Below, in pieces: positions 6,865 to 15,426 of a stretch of 64,000 bases of DNA; the first letter of the stretch is position 1, and each line of letters starts with the position of its first letter. Source of the DNA: Planctomycetota bacterium (GTDB lineage Bacteria > Planctomycetota > GCA-002687715 > CAIWVZ01); the NCBI GenBank assembly GCA_044222185.1, contig JBGANV010000003.1:64001-128000 (forward strand), written 5' to 3'. A program made the position numbers and the translations under genes. Under the pieces are notes generated by a model. It saw nothing but the letters and a program-made list of their open reading frames with translations. It searched no databases and was not told the origin of the DNA.

Positions 6865-9837
6865 CTAACGGCGTGACTCGGGCGCAACCGCATCCGCGGC
6901 GGCCAGAAGCTGCTTGATGACGGTGATTTCCGCCTCGATCGATCCCGAGCCCGCCGGGAGTTTCCCGGCGACGTCGAGGAAGCGCCGCCCGTACGACCGC
7001 GCCTTGTCGTAGTGCCCACGCCTGTACGCGATGCGCGCCAATGCGTCGTTGCCGGGGAGGTTGTCCGCATCGAGTGCGAGCGTCCGCTTGAATGCCGTCT
7101 CGGCGGCGTCTTCGTTCCCACGCTGCATCGCCAGGTGTCCGAGAAGCTCGAAGGTGCGCCAGTACGCGTCGTCCATCTTCACGGCACCTTCGAGGATCGC
7201 CGCGGCCTCGTCGAACGCCTTTCGCCCCAGGGCCGCCTCGGCGCGATCGAGGACCGGATCCACGGACTTGCTCCGATCTCGATCGCGAAGCCACGAACGA
7301 GCGAGGCCCAGGTCGTCCGAATCAGGCGCGAGGTTGATGGCAAATCGGAACTCGGCAGCGACACGCTCCTGCGCCTCCTGCCTCGCCGCCTCGCGGCGCT
7401 CCGCGGGTTGCGTCGCGGCGATCTCCCGCATCCCGGCCAGGATCGCGAGCCCGCGGGACTGGTGGTATCGCGCCAACCCACGCGCCGCCGCCGTGTTCGA
7501 CCTGTCGATCCCCGCCGCACGCTCGAAGCAGGCCGCCGCGCGCTCCAGGTCGTTTTCGGCCTCGTAGCAATCGCCCGAGAGGGTCCACGATTCGGCGTCC
7601 TCGGGCATGTACTTGCGCGCCAGTTCGAAGGCCTGGCGGGCCTTGGGGACATCTCGCTTCTGCTTGGGTGACGTCGGGTCGAGGTGGCTGCGGCCCGCAG
7701 CGACATACACGTCGCGCAGCGCGCGCAGGGTCGCGGGGTCTTCGGCGTCCGCCATGTACGCCGCCTCGAGGACCTTCACCGCCTCGCGGTTGCGTCCCAT
7801 CTTCAGCAGCCACTCCGAGAAGGTCCGTTTGGCAGCGTTCGAGTTCGGGTCGCGCTCGACGGCCAGTGCGAGGTCGGTTCCCGCTTGCTTGGGGTCCACG
7901 TCCGCCACGATCTGCGCGCGGATCAGGTAGCCCTCGGCACGCTCGGGCCAGGTGCGCACGACGAAGTCCGCCTGCCGCATGGCTTCGTTCAGATGATCGC
8001 CTCGCCAGGAGGCCTGCCGGAGGATCCTCGAGAGGTCGCAGCGGGCCTGGATCTCCGCGTCCTCCGCCGCGCGTCGCGTCCGCGCGTCGCTCGTGCGGCG
8101 GTAGCGCGCGTCGGTCGATAGCTCGATGACGCGCTCGTACGACGTGACGGAATCGTCGACGACCTTTCGGGCGCGGTCGATCAGGTCCCGGCTCCTGGCA
8201 TCGACGAGTGTCTCGAAGGCGCGGCGGACGTCCAGCCCCGCCTCGAGCATGAGCGCGCGCACGTGGTCCGGGTGATCTGCGAGCAGGGCTCGGAGCAGTT
8301 CCCGCGCCGCCGCGAACTGGTCGTCGCCCAGCACGGCCGCGATCTGGTTGAACCTGACGTTCGCGACGTCGAGTCCGAAGCGTTCGAGCAAGGCACCATG
8401 CCGCGCGTGGAGGCTCACGAGCCGGTCGTACTCCGCGATCGCTTCCTTGAAGCGGCGCATCTCGAGGAGCGCGTCGGCGAGCAGGAGACGCGCCCGGACC
8501 TCGCGTACCGGATCCGGGCTGCGCGTGACGGCCCTGCGGAACAGATCGACGGCTTCGCGCTTGCGAGCCGCCGTCGTGGGCGCGACGCGCAGCGCCTCCC
8601 CCACCTTCAACATCGGGAGCGGATCGTTCGCCTCCACGGCCATTGCGCGGCGAAAGACCGTCTCCCCGTCTTGGAATTCGGCGTACCGCGACCGCGCGCC
8701 CAAGGTGAGGCAGACGAGGATGACGGCCGCTGCGACGTACCGCGCCACGCCCGGAATTCGCCCGACGATCGCGCCCAGGAACACACCCACCATCGGAAGT
8801 CCGACGATGAGGTAGCGATCCGCCATCGCGAGGGAGGATCGCGGGAAGACCCCATTGAAGGGTGCGAGCGACACCAGGACGAACGCCACGGCGAACGAGG
8901 CGATCCCCGCCACGCCACTGCGTCGTCGGATCATCACGACGATGCCGGCTGACGTTGCGACGAGGAGCAGGGCTCCGATCGCGTGCTCCGTGCGGAACGG
9001 CCAGGGCTCGAGGTCGTAGTGGAGAGAGAGCTGAACCGGAAGGACGAGATGCTCGACGTATCGGCCGAGGGCTTGGAGGAAGTTGATCGCGTGCTCGGCC
9101 GTCGTGAACCGCCCCGCATCGCCGGCCGTGCCCTCCTCGAGGGCGACGCGGTAGTGGATCGCGGTGAGCGCGAGCGCAACGACGGTGAGCACGCCCACCA
9201 GGGCGCCGGGCCGAGCGCGTGGCGAAAGACTCCCATCCGTCCGGCACCAGAGCCACAGCAGGACGACGAGGCCCGGCACGACGACGACCGTGCCCTTCGC
9301 GAGGAGCGCGAGCCCCAGGAACGCGGCCGCCCCCGCGACGCGGCCGAGGCCCCCACGCCGAAGGTGCCCCAGCGCGAATGCGAGCGACAGCAGCAGCAGG
9401 AGCAGGCTCACCTGGTCCTTGCGGCCAGCGGCCCACGCCACGGACTCCGCCGCAACGGGATGAACGGCGAACACGCAGGCGGCCATGGCCGCGATCCAAC
9501 GTGATCGGAACAGCGCATGGACGAGCCAGCCCACGAGCACCGCACACAGGCCGTGCCAGACCAGGGACGAAAGGTGAAACCCTGCCGGGTCGAGCCCGAA
9601 GAAGGACGCGTCGATCACGAGCGACGAGACGTAGAGCGGAAGCCACGCATGCTCGTGGCGCTCGGAGAACACCGCGACGGCGTTCGCGACCGACGGCTCT
9701 CGTACGCGCGGATTCTCGAGGATGATCCCCGGATCGTCGAAGTTCAGGAACCCGTTGCGCATCGCCGGTGACCCCGCGGCGATCACGAGGAGCACGACTC
9801 CGAGGCCGAGGAGGATGCGGAAACGACCGTCGCTCAC
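6865..9837 (-). CDS. TMTC-like (GT-C fold) multipass membrane glycosyltransferase with long C-terminal TPR array
   Basis: GTG start overlaps the upstream stop (GTGA). Motifs FLNFDD, W.PL..S..D, GFHL, FAVHPVAAESVAWAAGRKD, LLAK, P..LS..Y, ADRYL, followed by many TPRs. Confidence 0.8.
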   Translation of the reverse strand: MSDGRFRILLGLGVVLLVIAAGSPAMRNGFLNFDDPGIILENPRVREPSVANAVAVFSERHEHAWLPLYVSSLVIDASFFGLDPAGFHLSSLVWHGLCAVLVGWLVHALFRSRWIAAMAACVFAVHPVAAESVAWAAGRKDQVSLLLLLLSLAFALGHLRRGGLGRVAGAAAFLGLALLAKGTVVVVPGLVVLLWLWCRTDGSLSPRARPGALVGVLTVVALALTAIHYRVALEEGTAGDAGRFTTAEHAINFLQALGRYVEHLVLPVQLSLHYDLEPWPFRTEHAIGALLLVATSAGIVVMIRRRSGVAGIASFAVAFVLVSLAPFNGVFPRSSLAMADRYLIVGLPMVGVFLGAIVGRIPGVARYVAAAVILVCLTLGARSRYAEFQDGETVFRRAMAVEANDPLPMLKVGEALRVAPTTAARKREAVDLFRRAVTRSPDPVREVRARLLLADALLEMRRFKEAIAEYDRLVSLHARHGALLERFGLDVANVRFNQIAAVLGDDQFAAARELLRALLADHPDHVRALMLEAGLDVRRAFETLVDARSRDLIDRARKVVDDSVTSYERVIELSTDARYRRTSDARTRRAAEDAEIQARCDLSRILRQASWRGDHLNEAMRQADFVVRTWPERAEGYLIRAQIVADVDPKQAGTDLALAVERDPNSNAAKRTFSEWLLKMGRNREAVKVLEAAYMADAEDPATLRALRDVYVAAGRSHLDPTSPKQKRDVPKARQAFELARKYMPEDAESWTLSGDCYEAENDLERAAACFERAAGIDRSNTAAARGLARYHQSRGLAILAGMREIAATQPAERREAARQEAQERVAAEFRFAINLAPDSDDLGLARSWLRDRDRSKSVDPVLDRAEAALGRKAFDEAAAILEGAVKMDDAYWRTFELLGHLAMQRGNEDAAETAFKRTLALDADNLPGNDALARIAYRRGHYDKARSYGRRFLDVAGKLPAGSGSIEAEITVIKQLLAAADAVAPESRR

Positions 9838-11567
9838 GCGGAGCTCTCCAGCTCTCCCGTCACGAGCCGGTCGAGAACCGCGAGCGCGAGGGCGAACCAA
9901 CGACCTCGCGCCGATACCGACCGCGACTCGAACGCCTTCCGAACGCGCGCCGGATCGAAGCCAAAACGCGCGAGGCCGTCGCCAGCGACGAGCTCACGCG
10001 CCCGCTCGGCCCAAGGGCCGTCGAGCCACGCGTCGAGGGGCATGGGGAATCCCATCTTGTCGGTGCGGCGCTTGGCTGCCTCGGGCAGCGCCGCGCCGAC
10101 CGCTTCGCGGAAGAGTCTTCGCGGCGCGTCGGGTGGGCTCTTCTCGCACAGCGGGATGCGCCTTGCGAGCGCCGTGACGACGGGGTCGAGCAACGGCGCG
10201 CGTCCCTCGATGCCGAACGCGGCAAGCGTCACGTCGTCGACGGCCAGGAGCCCGGGGAGGAACGTGGCGTTCTCGAATGCGAGCGCCGCGTCGGCGCGGT
10301 CGCGGCTCTGCGCGGGAAGAGCGAAACGGCCGATCGCTTCGGTTTCGGCGGCGCTCGAGGGGATGAGCGCGTCGAGCCACTCACGGCCGCGAAACACGGC
10401 AGCGGAGAGCGGGTCGGGGGCACGCGACATGGCGGCGGCCAGCGCCGCGTAGGTCCCGTCGACGGACGCAGCCTCCCCCCGCGCGAGTCGCTGGAGGATC
10501 CGATGGCGCTCGTACCCGCCGAAGAGCTCGTCGCCGCCCGTCCCGGTGAAGACGACCTTCACGCCGAGACGCGCCGCCTCGCGCGCGAGGACGAACTGGG
10601 CAAGCGCGCCGGGACCGGCCTGCGGACCCCCGAGCCGCCGGACGACGGACGCGAATGCATCCCACGCGTCGTCCGCCGTGATCGGCACTTCGACCAGATC
10701 CAACCCGAGTTCTCGCGCCACGGCACGGGCATGGGGGCGCTCGTCCAGGTGAGGCGCGTCGGGGAAGAACCCGACGATCGCCAGTGAGGGAGGCGTCCCT
10801 GCCGCGCACAGGAGGCCTGCGACCGCTGACGAATCCAGCCCCCCGGACAAGAACACGGCAGACCGCTGCGCGGTCGGGCCCTGAAGCCGCGCCGTGCTGC
10901 GAAGCGCCGAGGAGAGGTCGATTTCCGACGGCCCCGTGTAGCGCACCGGATACCGCACGACGGCGCGCGCCGAATCCCCCCCGACGAGCCAGGTCTCACC
11001 AGGGACGACGGGGCGCAATCCGCGGAACAGCGTCGCGTCCCGGGGCAGGAACTGGAACGCCAGGAGGTGCGCCAATGCCCGGCGATCGATCTGCGGCGCG
11101 CAGCCGGCGCGCTTCAACAGCGGCCACGGCTCGCTCGCGGCGAGGATCCCGGACGGCGACTCGAGCACGTAGAGCTGACGGACGCCGACCTCGTCGCGCG
11201 ACAGGATGAGACGCCCCGTCGAGCGATGCCACGCAGCGACGGCGAACGGTCCGCGCACGCGCCCCAGTGCTTGCGGCCCTTCGCGGCGCAGGGTCGTTGC
11301 GAGGGGCATGAGATCGTTCGACGATGTGACGTCGACGTCCAAGCTGGCGTGGTTGAACACCTCCGCATTCGCCACGAGGACCACGTCGTCGCCGGCACGC
11401 AGCGGCTGGTCGAATCGGGCATCGCCGTTGATCCGCAGCCGTGCGGCTCCCAGGGCGACGTCGCCATCGCGATGGATCCCGGACGCGTCGGGCCCGCGGT
11501 GCCGGAGCTCGTCGACGATCTCGGCGACGGCCGCGGGGCGGCCGACGGCAGCAGCGATCCCGCACAT
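9834..11567 (-). CDS. asnB: Asparagine synthetase B-like glutamine amidotransferase (atypical motifs)
   Basis: True start MCGIA at 11567 (TGATG overlap with the HAD stop). HRGPD, RL.I, QP, RD.VG.R.LY, FLSGGLDSS, G.GGDELFGGY, E.R.P.LD, K.GF. Confidence 0.8.
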   Translation of the reverse strand: MCGIAAAVGRPAAVAEIVDELRHRGPDASGIHRDGDVALGAARLRINGDARFDQPLRAGDDVVLVANAEVFNHASLDVDVTSSNDLMPLATTLRREGPQALGRVRGPFAVAAWHRSTGRLILSRDEVGVRQLYVLESPSGILAASEPWPLLKRAGCAPQIDRRALAHLLAFQFLPRDATLFRGLRPVVPGETWLVGGDSARAVVRYPVRYTGPSEIDLSSALRSTARLQGPTAQRSAVFLSGGLDSSAVAGLLCAAGTPPSLAIVGFFPDAPHLDERPHARAVARELGLDLVEVPITADDAWDAFASVVRRLGGPQAGPGALAQFVLAREAARLGVKVVFTGTGGDELFGGYERHRILQRLARGEAASVDGTYAALAAAMSRAPDPLSAAVFRGREWLDALIPSSAAETEAIGRFALPAQSRDRADAALAFENATFLPGLLAVDDVTLAAFGIEGRAPLLDPVVTALARRIPLCEKSPPDAPRRLFREAVGAALPEAAKRRTDKMGFPMPLDAWLDGPWAERARELVAGDGLARFGFDPARVRKAFESRSVSARGRWFALALAVLDRLVTGELESSA

Positions 11568-12310
11568 CAGACGCCCACGGCGATCTGAACGCCGTACTCG
11601 TTCTGGACCGTGTCGAGCAGGTCCCAGAAATTGTCGATCGTGTAGCGCGGTTGCGTACGCCCCTCGGCGAGCGCGTGCCGTCCCTCGCGCCGATTCCACA
11701 CGCTGATGAGGCCGGCCGCGTTGGCGGCATCGACGTCGTTCACCGGGTGGTCGCCCACGTGCATCGCCTCGAAGGGCCGCACGCCCACGCGCTCGACGGC
11801 GCGCAGGTAGAGCTTGGGGTTCGGCTTCCCGATTCCCACGTGGTCCGAGATGAAGATCGCACGGTGATCGATGAATCGATGCACGCGGAGGCGCACGATC
11901 TTCTCGGCCTGCTTGAGGGTGATCCCGCTGCTGATGATCCCGAGGATGAGCCGCGACTTGGAGAGGAGCCTCAAGACCTCGGTGACGTCGTCATAGGCGG
12001 TGAGCTCCCGGAACTTCGTCTCGTGATAGGCGACGACGGCGGCGGAAACGAGCAGCGGGAAGTTCAGGCCGAGGGTCGCATCGAGCGGCAGACGCGATAG
12101 CAGCTTGTCGAAATGGTGCTCGTAGTTGCTCGAGAACTCCTCGATGACTTCCTCGAGTTCGCGGAGCACCGTCGACCGATCGGCGCGCAACCCCAGTGAG
12201 ATCATGGCATCGACCGACGCCTCGCGCGCGCGGCTCGCGAACGACGAGGTCGAGAACAGCGTGTCGTCGATGTCGAAGAAAATGGCTTTGAGCACCGTCT
12301 TCGCGCCCAT
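11567..12310 (-). CDS. HAD-superfamily hydrolase, subfamily IA (TIGR02253-like)
   Basis: Motif I FFDIDDTL, motif II IISSG, motif III GKPNP, motif IV HVGDHPVNDV. Confidence 0.9.
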   Translation of the reverse strand: MGAKTVLKAIFFDIDDTLFSTSSFASRAREASVDAMISLGLRADRSTVLRELEEVIEEFSSNYEHHFDKLLSRLPLDATLGLNFPLLVSAAVVAYHETKFRELTAYDDVTEVLRLLSKSRLILGIISSGITLKQAEKIVRLRVHRFIDHRAIFISDHVGIGKPNPKLYLRAVERVGVRPFEAMHVGDHPVNDVDAANAAGLISVWNRREGRHALAEGRTQPRYTIDNFWDLLDTVQNEYGVQIAVGV

Positions 12311-12373
12311 GGTCCGTCGATGATACCCGCGGCCTCGCCGGTCGCCGCGTCTGGCGTTCGGGCCGGGAATGCG

Positions 12374-12410
12374 AAACGCCGACGTCGCGCTCGCGCGCCC
12401 GTCGGCGTTT
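12374..12410. terminator. Intrinsic terminator-like hairpin downstream of secretin B
   Basis: 11-bp inverted repeat AAACGCCGACG...CGTCGGCGTTT, about 25 bp after the stop at 12435, with T-runs on both strands. Confidence 0.65.
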
Positions 12411-12434
12411 TGCGGTCAGTGCGTCAGTCGGAGA

Positions 12435-15065
12435 TCAGCGGTCGAGGTTCTTTTCCTCTTCCGACAGGTCCACGATCTTGACGTGCATGATGATGATCAG
12501 ATCGCGGATCTCATCCGAGCGCCCCTTGCGCGAGAAGAGGAGGGAGATGATCGGGATCTGGCTCAGGATCGGGGTCTCGGACCGGACGTCCACCGTGGAG
12601 ATGTGCTTCAGGCCACCGATGACGACGTAGCCGTTGTCCGGCACCGTGACCGTCGTCGCAGCCGAGCGCGTGATGATCTCCGGGAGCTCGATGACGACGG
12701 GCGTCGTGAGACCGGAGAGGCTCGACTCGAACGTGCGGATCGGGCGGATCAGCGTCGCAACCGTCGGCTGCAGCTCGAGGGTCACGTACTTGCGGTCGTA
12801 GCTGACCACCGGGCGGACGTCGAGCGTGAGGCCGTCCTGGACGACGTCGACGAGCGGGTCGGCGATGAACGCCGTCTGCGCGACTTCCACGTCGTAGTCC
12901 TTCACGTACGAGACCTGGTTGACGATCGACAGGTTCGCGCGTTGGCGGTTGTAGATCGTCAGGCGCGGCGCGTTGACCAGCGTCGTGTCCTGGCGCTTCT
13001 CGACGGCGCGGAAGAGCCCGTTGAGCTTCAGGTCGTCGTTCAGGATCGAGAAGCTCAGCGTCATGCCGCCGTTCGGCGAGAGCAGCGCACCCAGGTTCTT
13101 GTCGAGAATGTTCTCCGTGCGGGCCCGGACGTCGCCGTCCGAGTTGTCGTTGAAGAACGCACCGCTCGACGGGTGGAGGCTCGATGCCGCCGGGTTGCCC
13201 GGCTGGCCGTTGTCGAAACCGGACGATGCATTGTTCGGCGCGCCGTTGTTGACGTCGTCGAGCAACGCGATCGAGCCCGGGTTCTGACCGCCGAGTCCGC
13301 GGAAGTCGAAGCCCACGTCGCTCAAGAACGCCTTGTCGATCGACAGGAAGCGCGCTTCGACGTGCACGGTAAGCTTGTTGAACTTGCGGAGCTCGTTGAG
13401 GAACGAGTCGACCGCCTTGTGCGTGTCAGGCGTCGTCGAGATGACGATCTGGCCCGACGACGGCGTGATCGAGTGGCCTTCTGCGTCCCACGTGCCCGCA
13501 CCCACGTTCTCGCGGATGAGGTCGACGAGGCGCTGGAGGTCCGTGTCCTGCGTGCGCTCGAGGTCTTCACCCCAGATGGCCTTCACGGCCGCTTCGCCTG
13601 CGCCACCCGGACGGAGGTTCAGGTTCGGGGCCTTGAAGTGCGGCAGCGACACCGTGAGGTCGCGCACTTCGTAGACGCGCGGGATGGACTTGCCCATCGC
13701 CTTCTCGGCCGTCGTGATGTAGAGCACGTCGTCGCGGAGGGTGTAGGCGAGCTTGAGGTTGCTCAAGAGGATCTTGAGTGCGCCACCGAGCTTGTAGTCG
13801 CGCAGCGTGACGGAAACCGGCTCGGCGCCCTTCTCCGTGAGGACGTCCGGGTCGACGACCACGTTGATGCCCGTCGAGTTGCGGAGCTGCTTGATGACTT
13901 CCTTGAACTCGACCGGCGCCTCGCCGTAGTCCCAGGTCACGTTGTCGTTGTCGAGCTTGGCCTTGATCGTGCGCAGCGAATCGCTGAGGTCGGCGGCCTT
14001 GTCGACGATGTCACCGCGCTTGGAGCGATCCTTGATCTTGCTCCACGTGTCGGTGTCGGCCCACGTGAGGACGTCGTTGTTCGGGATCTGGGCCGCGCGG
14101 ACGTCGTTGAGCCACTGCTCGAAGTGGTCCCGGCGCTCGCGCCAGAACTTCTCGCGCCACTGGCTGTGACGGGCCGAGCGCGACGCATCGACGAGTTCCT
14201 TGGCCTTCTGGTTGTTCGGCTGGAGGTTCAGGACCTTCGTGGCCTGGTGCTCGCTGTTGTCGAAGTCGCCCTTGTTGAAGCTCTCGATGGCGGCGACGAG
14301 CAGGTTCTTGATGGTCTCCTGCTCCTTGCGGCGCGCCGCTTCCTCCTGCGCGACCAGCTTCTGGTACGCGTCCTGGAACTCGGCCGTCTCCGAGGCCTTC
14401 TTCTGGCTCTCGAGCTTGCGGCTCACGATGGCGAGGAGGTCGTTGACGTCCTGCTTTCGCGCGCCGAAGTCCGTCTCGTACGGATCGAAGCGCATGATGA
14501 GCTGGGCGCTCTCCAGTTCCTTGCGCGCCGAGTCGAACTCACCCTGCGACTCGTTGTGCGTCGCCTTGGTGTAGTGCGAGTTGACGAGCATCACCTGCTG
14601 CTGGCGGGCCAGCTGGCGGCGGTTCTGCATCATCGCGACGGTGTCCTGCGTGGACTCGAGCTTGCGGCCCTGAAGTCCCATCACCGTGTTGAAGAGCTCG
14701 ATCGCCTGCGGGTCGTTCGGGTTGACACCGAGCGCCTGGAGGACGTTCTCCTCCGCGCGCTTCAGGTCCTGCTGCTGGAGAGCGGCGTTCGCAGCGTCGA
14801 GGTAGGCCTTGACGAGCGTGGCGTCCTTCTCCTGGCGGGCGCGAGCCTCGCCTTGCAGCTTCGAGAACTCGCCGCCCGCTGCGGCCTGTTGATTGGCCGA
14901 GGGTGGCATCGACGGCGGCGTCTGCACGGAGACGGGCGTCGAGTCTTGAGGCGCCGGTGCCTGCTCCTGGGTCGTCTCCTTCGAGGAGCACGCGCCGATC
15001 ACGACCACGGCGACCAGCGAAGCGACCAAGGAGAACAGTGACGTGGCACGCCGGGTTCGAGACAT
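12435..15065 (-). CDS. Secretin B: GspD/PilQ-family lipoprotein secretin with N-terminal TPR/coiled-coil region
   Basis: Probable start MSRTRR at 15065 with lipobox VIGAC. STN/N0-like region, RVYEVRDL, N3 domain, VHVEARFL, NAPRLTIYNRQRA, G.TLDVRP.VS.D, TTVTVPDNG..VIGGL, PILSQIPII..LFS. Confidence 0.88.
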   Translation of the reverse strand: MSRTRRATSLFSLVASLVAVVVIGACSSKETTQEQAPAPQDSTPVSVQTPPSMPPSANQQAAAGGEFSKLQGEARARQEKDATLVKAYLDAANAALQQQDLKRAEENVLQALGVNPNDPQAIELFNTVMGLQGRKLESTQDTVAMMQNRRQLARQQQVMLVNSHYTKATHNESQGEFDSARKELESAQLIMRFDPYETDFGARKQDVNDLLAIVSRKLESQKKASETAEFQDAYQKLVAQEEAARRKEQETIKNLLVAAIESFNKGDFDNSEHQATKVLNLQPNNQKAKELVDASRSARHSQWREKFWRERRDHFEQWLNDVRAAQIPNNDVLTWADTDTWSKIKDRSKRGDIVDKAADLSDSLRTIKAKLDNDNVTWDYGEAPVEFKEVIKQLRNSTGINVVVDPDVLTEKGAEPVSVTLRDYKLGGALKILLSNLKLAYTLRDDVLYITTAEKAMGKSIPRVYEVRDLTVSLPHFKAPNLNLRPGGAGEAAVKAIWGEDLERTQDTDLQRLVDLIRENVGAGTWDAEGHSITPSSGQIVISTTPDTHKAVDSFLNELRKFNKLTVHVEARFLSIDKAFLSDVGFDFRGLGGQNPGSIALLDDVNNGAPNNASSGFDNGQPGNPAASSLHPSSGAFFNDNSDGDVRARTENILDKNLGALLSPNGGMTLSFSILNDDLKLNGLFRAVEKRQDTTLVNAPRLTIYNRQRANLSIVNQVSYVKDYDVEVAQTAFIADPLVDVVQDGLTLDVRPVVSYDRKYVTLELQPTVATLIRPIRTFESSLSGLTTPVVIELPEIITRSAATTVTVPDNGYVVIGGLKHISTVDVRSETPILSQIPIISLLFSRKGRSDEIRDLIIIMHVKIVDLSEEEKNLDR

Positions 15066-15233
15066 GAATTCGGCTTCCATCACGAGTGAGCTACTCCAGA
15101 GGGCGTCGGACGCCCGCAAGCTTTCAACCCTGGCCGAGGCCGGGCATTCGGTCACAGGTTTCCCGAAGATGAGCAGCTCCATGGCCCTAAAGCCATGGAA
15201 CGGCTAGCGATTCCATCCGCAGACGAGGCCGGG

Positions 15234-15262
15234 ATTCTAAGGATCGAAGAAAAGAGTGTCAA
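15234..15262 (-). promoter_or_regulatory. Near-consensus sigma70 promoter of secretin B
   Basis: TTGACA (15262-15257)-17 bp-TAGAAT (15239-15234) in an AT-richer intergenic patch. Confidence 0.75.
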
Positions 15263-15426
15263 CCAGGGGAACGGGTTCGGAGTTGAGGCTCGTCGGCGGA
15301 CATGCCGAAGCCAGACTCCGATGATCGTGAACAGGCACCGCCTGACTCTGGCGGAGGGGTCACGCGGACTCGCGGCCCAGGGTTTCCTCGGGAAAATCGC
15401 CTGTTGCGACCGGCTCCCGGATGGCC

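Noticed and set aside
9834-11567. AsnB-like gene as a lasso-peptide cyclase of a RiPP cluster
   Set aside because: It retains the N-terminal Cys glutaminase domain, and no B1/B2 protein or precursor peptide is visible nearby.
12369-15041. 890-aa plus-strand ORF (likewise 20391-22928, 47931-51110, 15421-17376, 54409-56508 and many others)
   Set aside because: Antisense shadows of well-supported genes. High GC and strong codon bias remove stops on the opposite strand, and the translations are Arg/Val/Asp-rich with no motifs.
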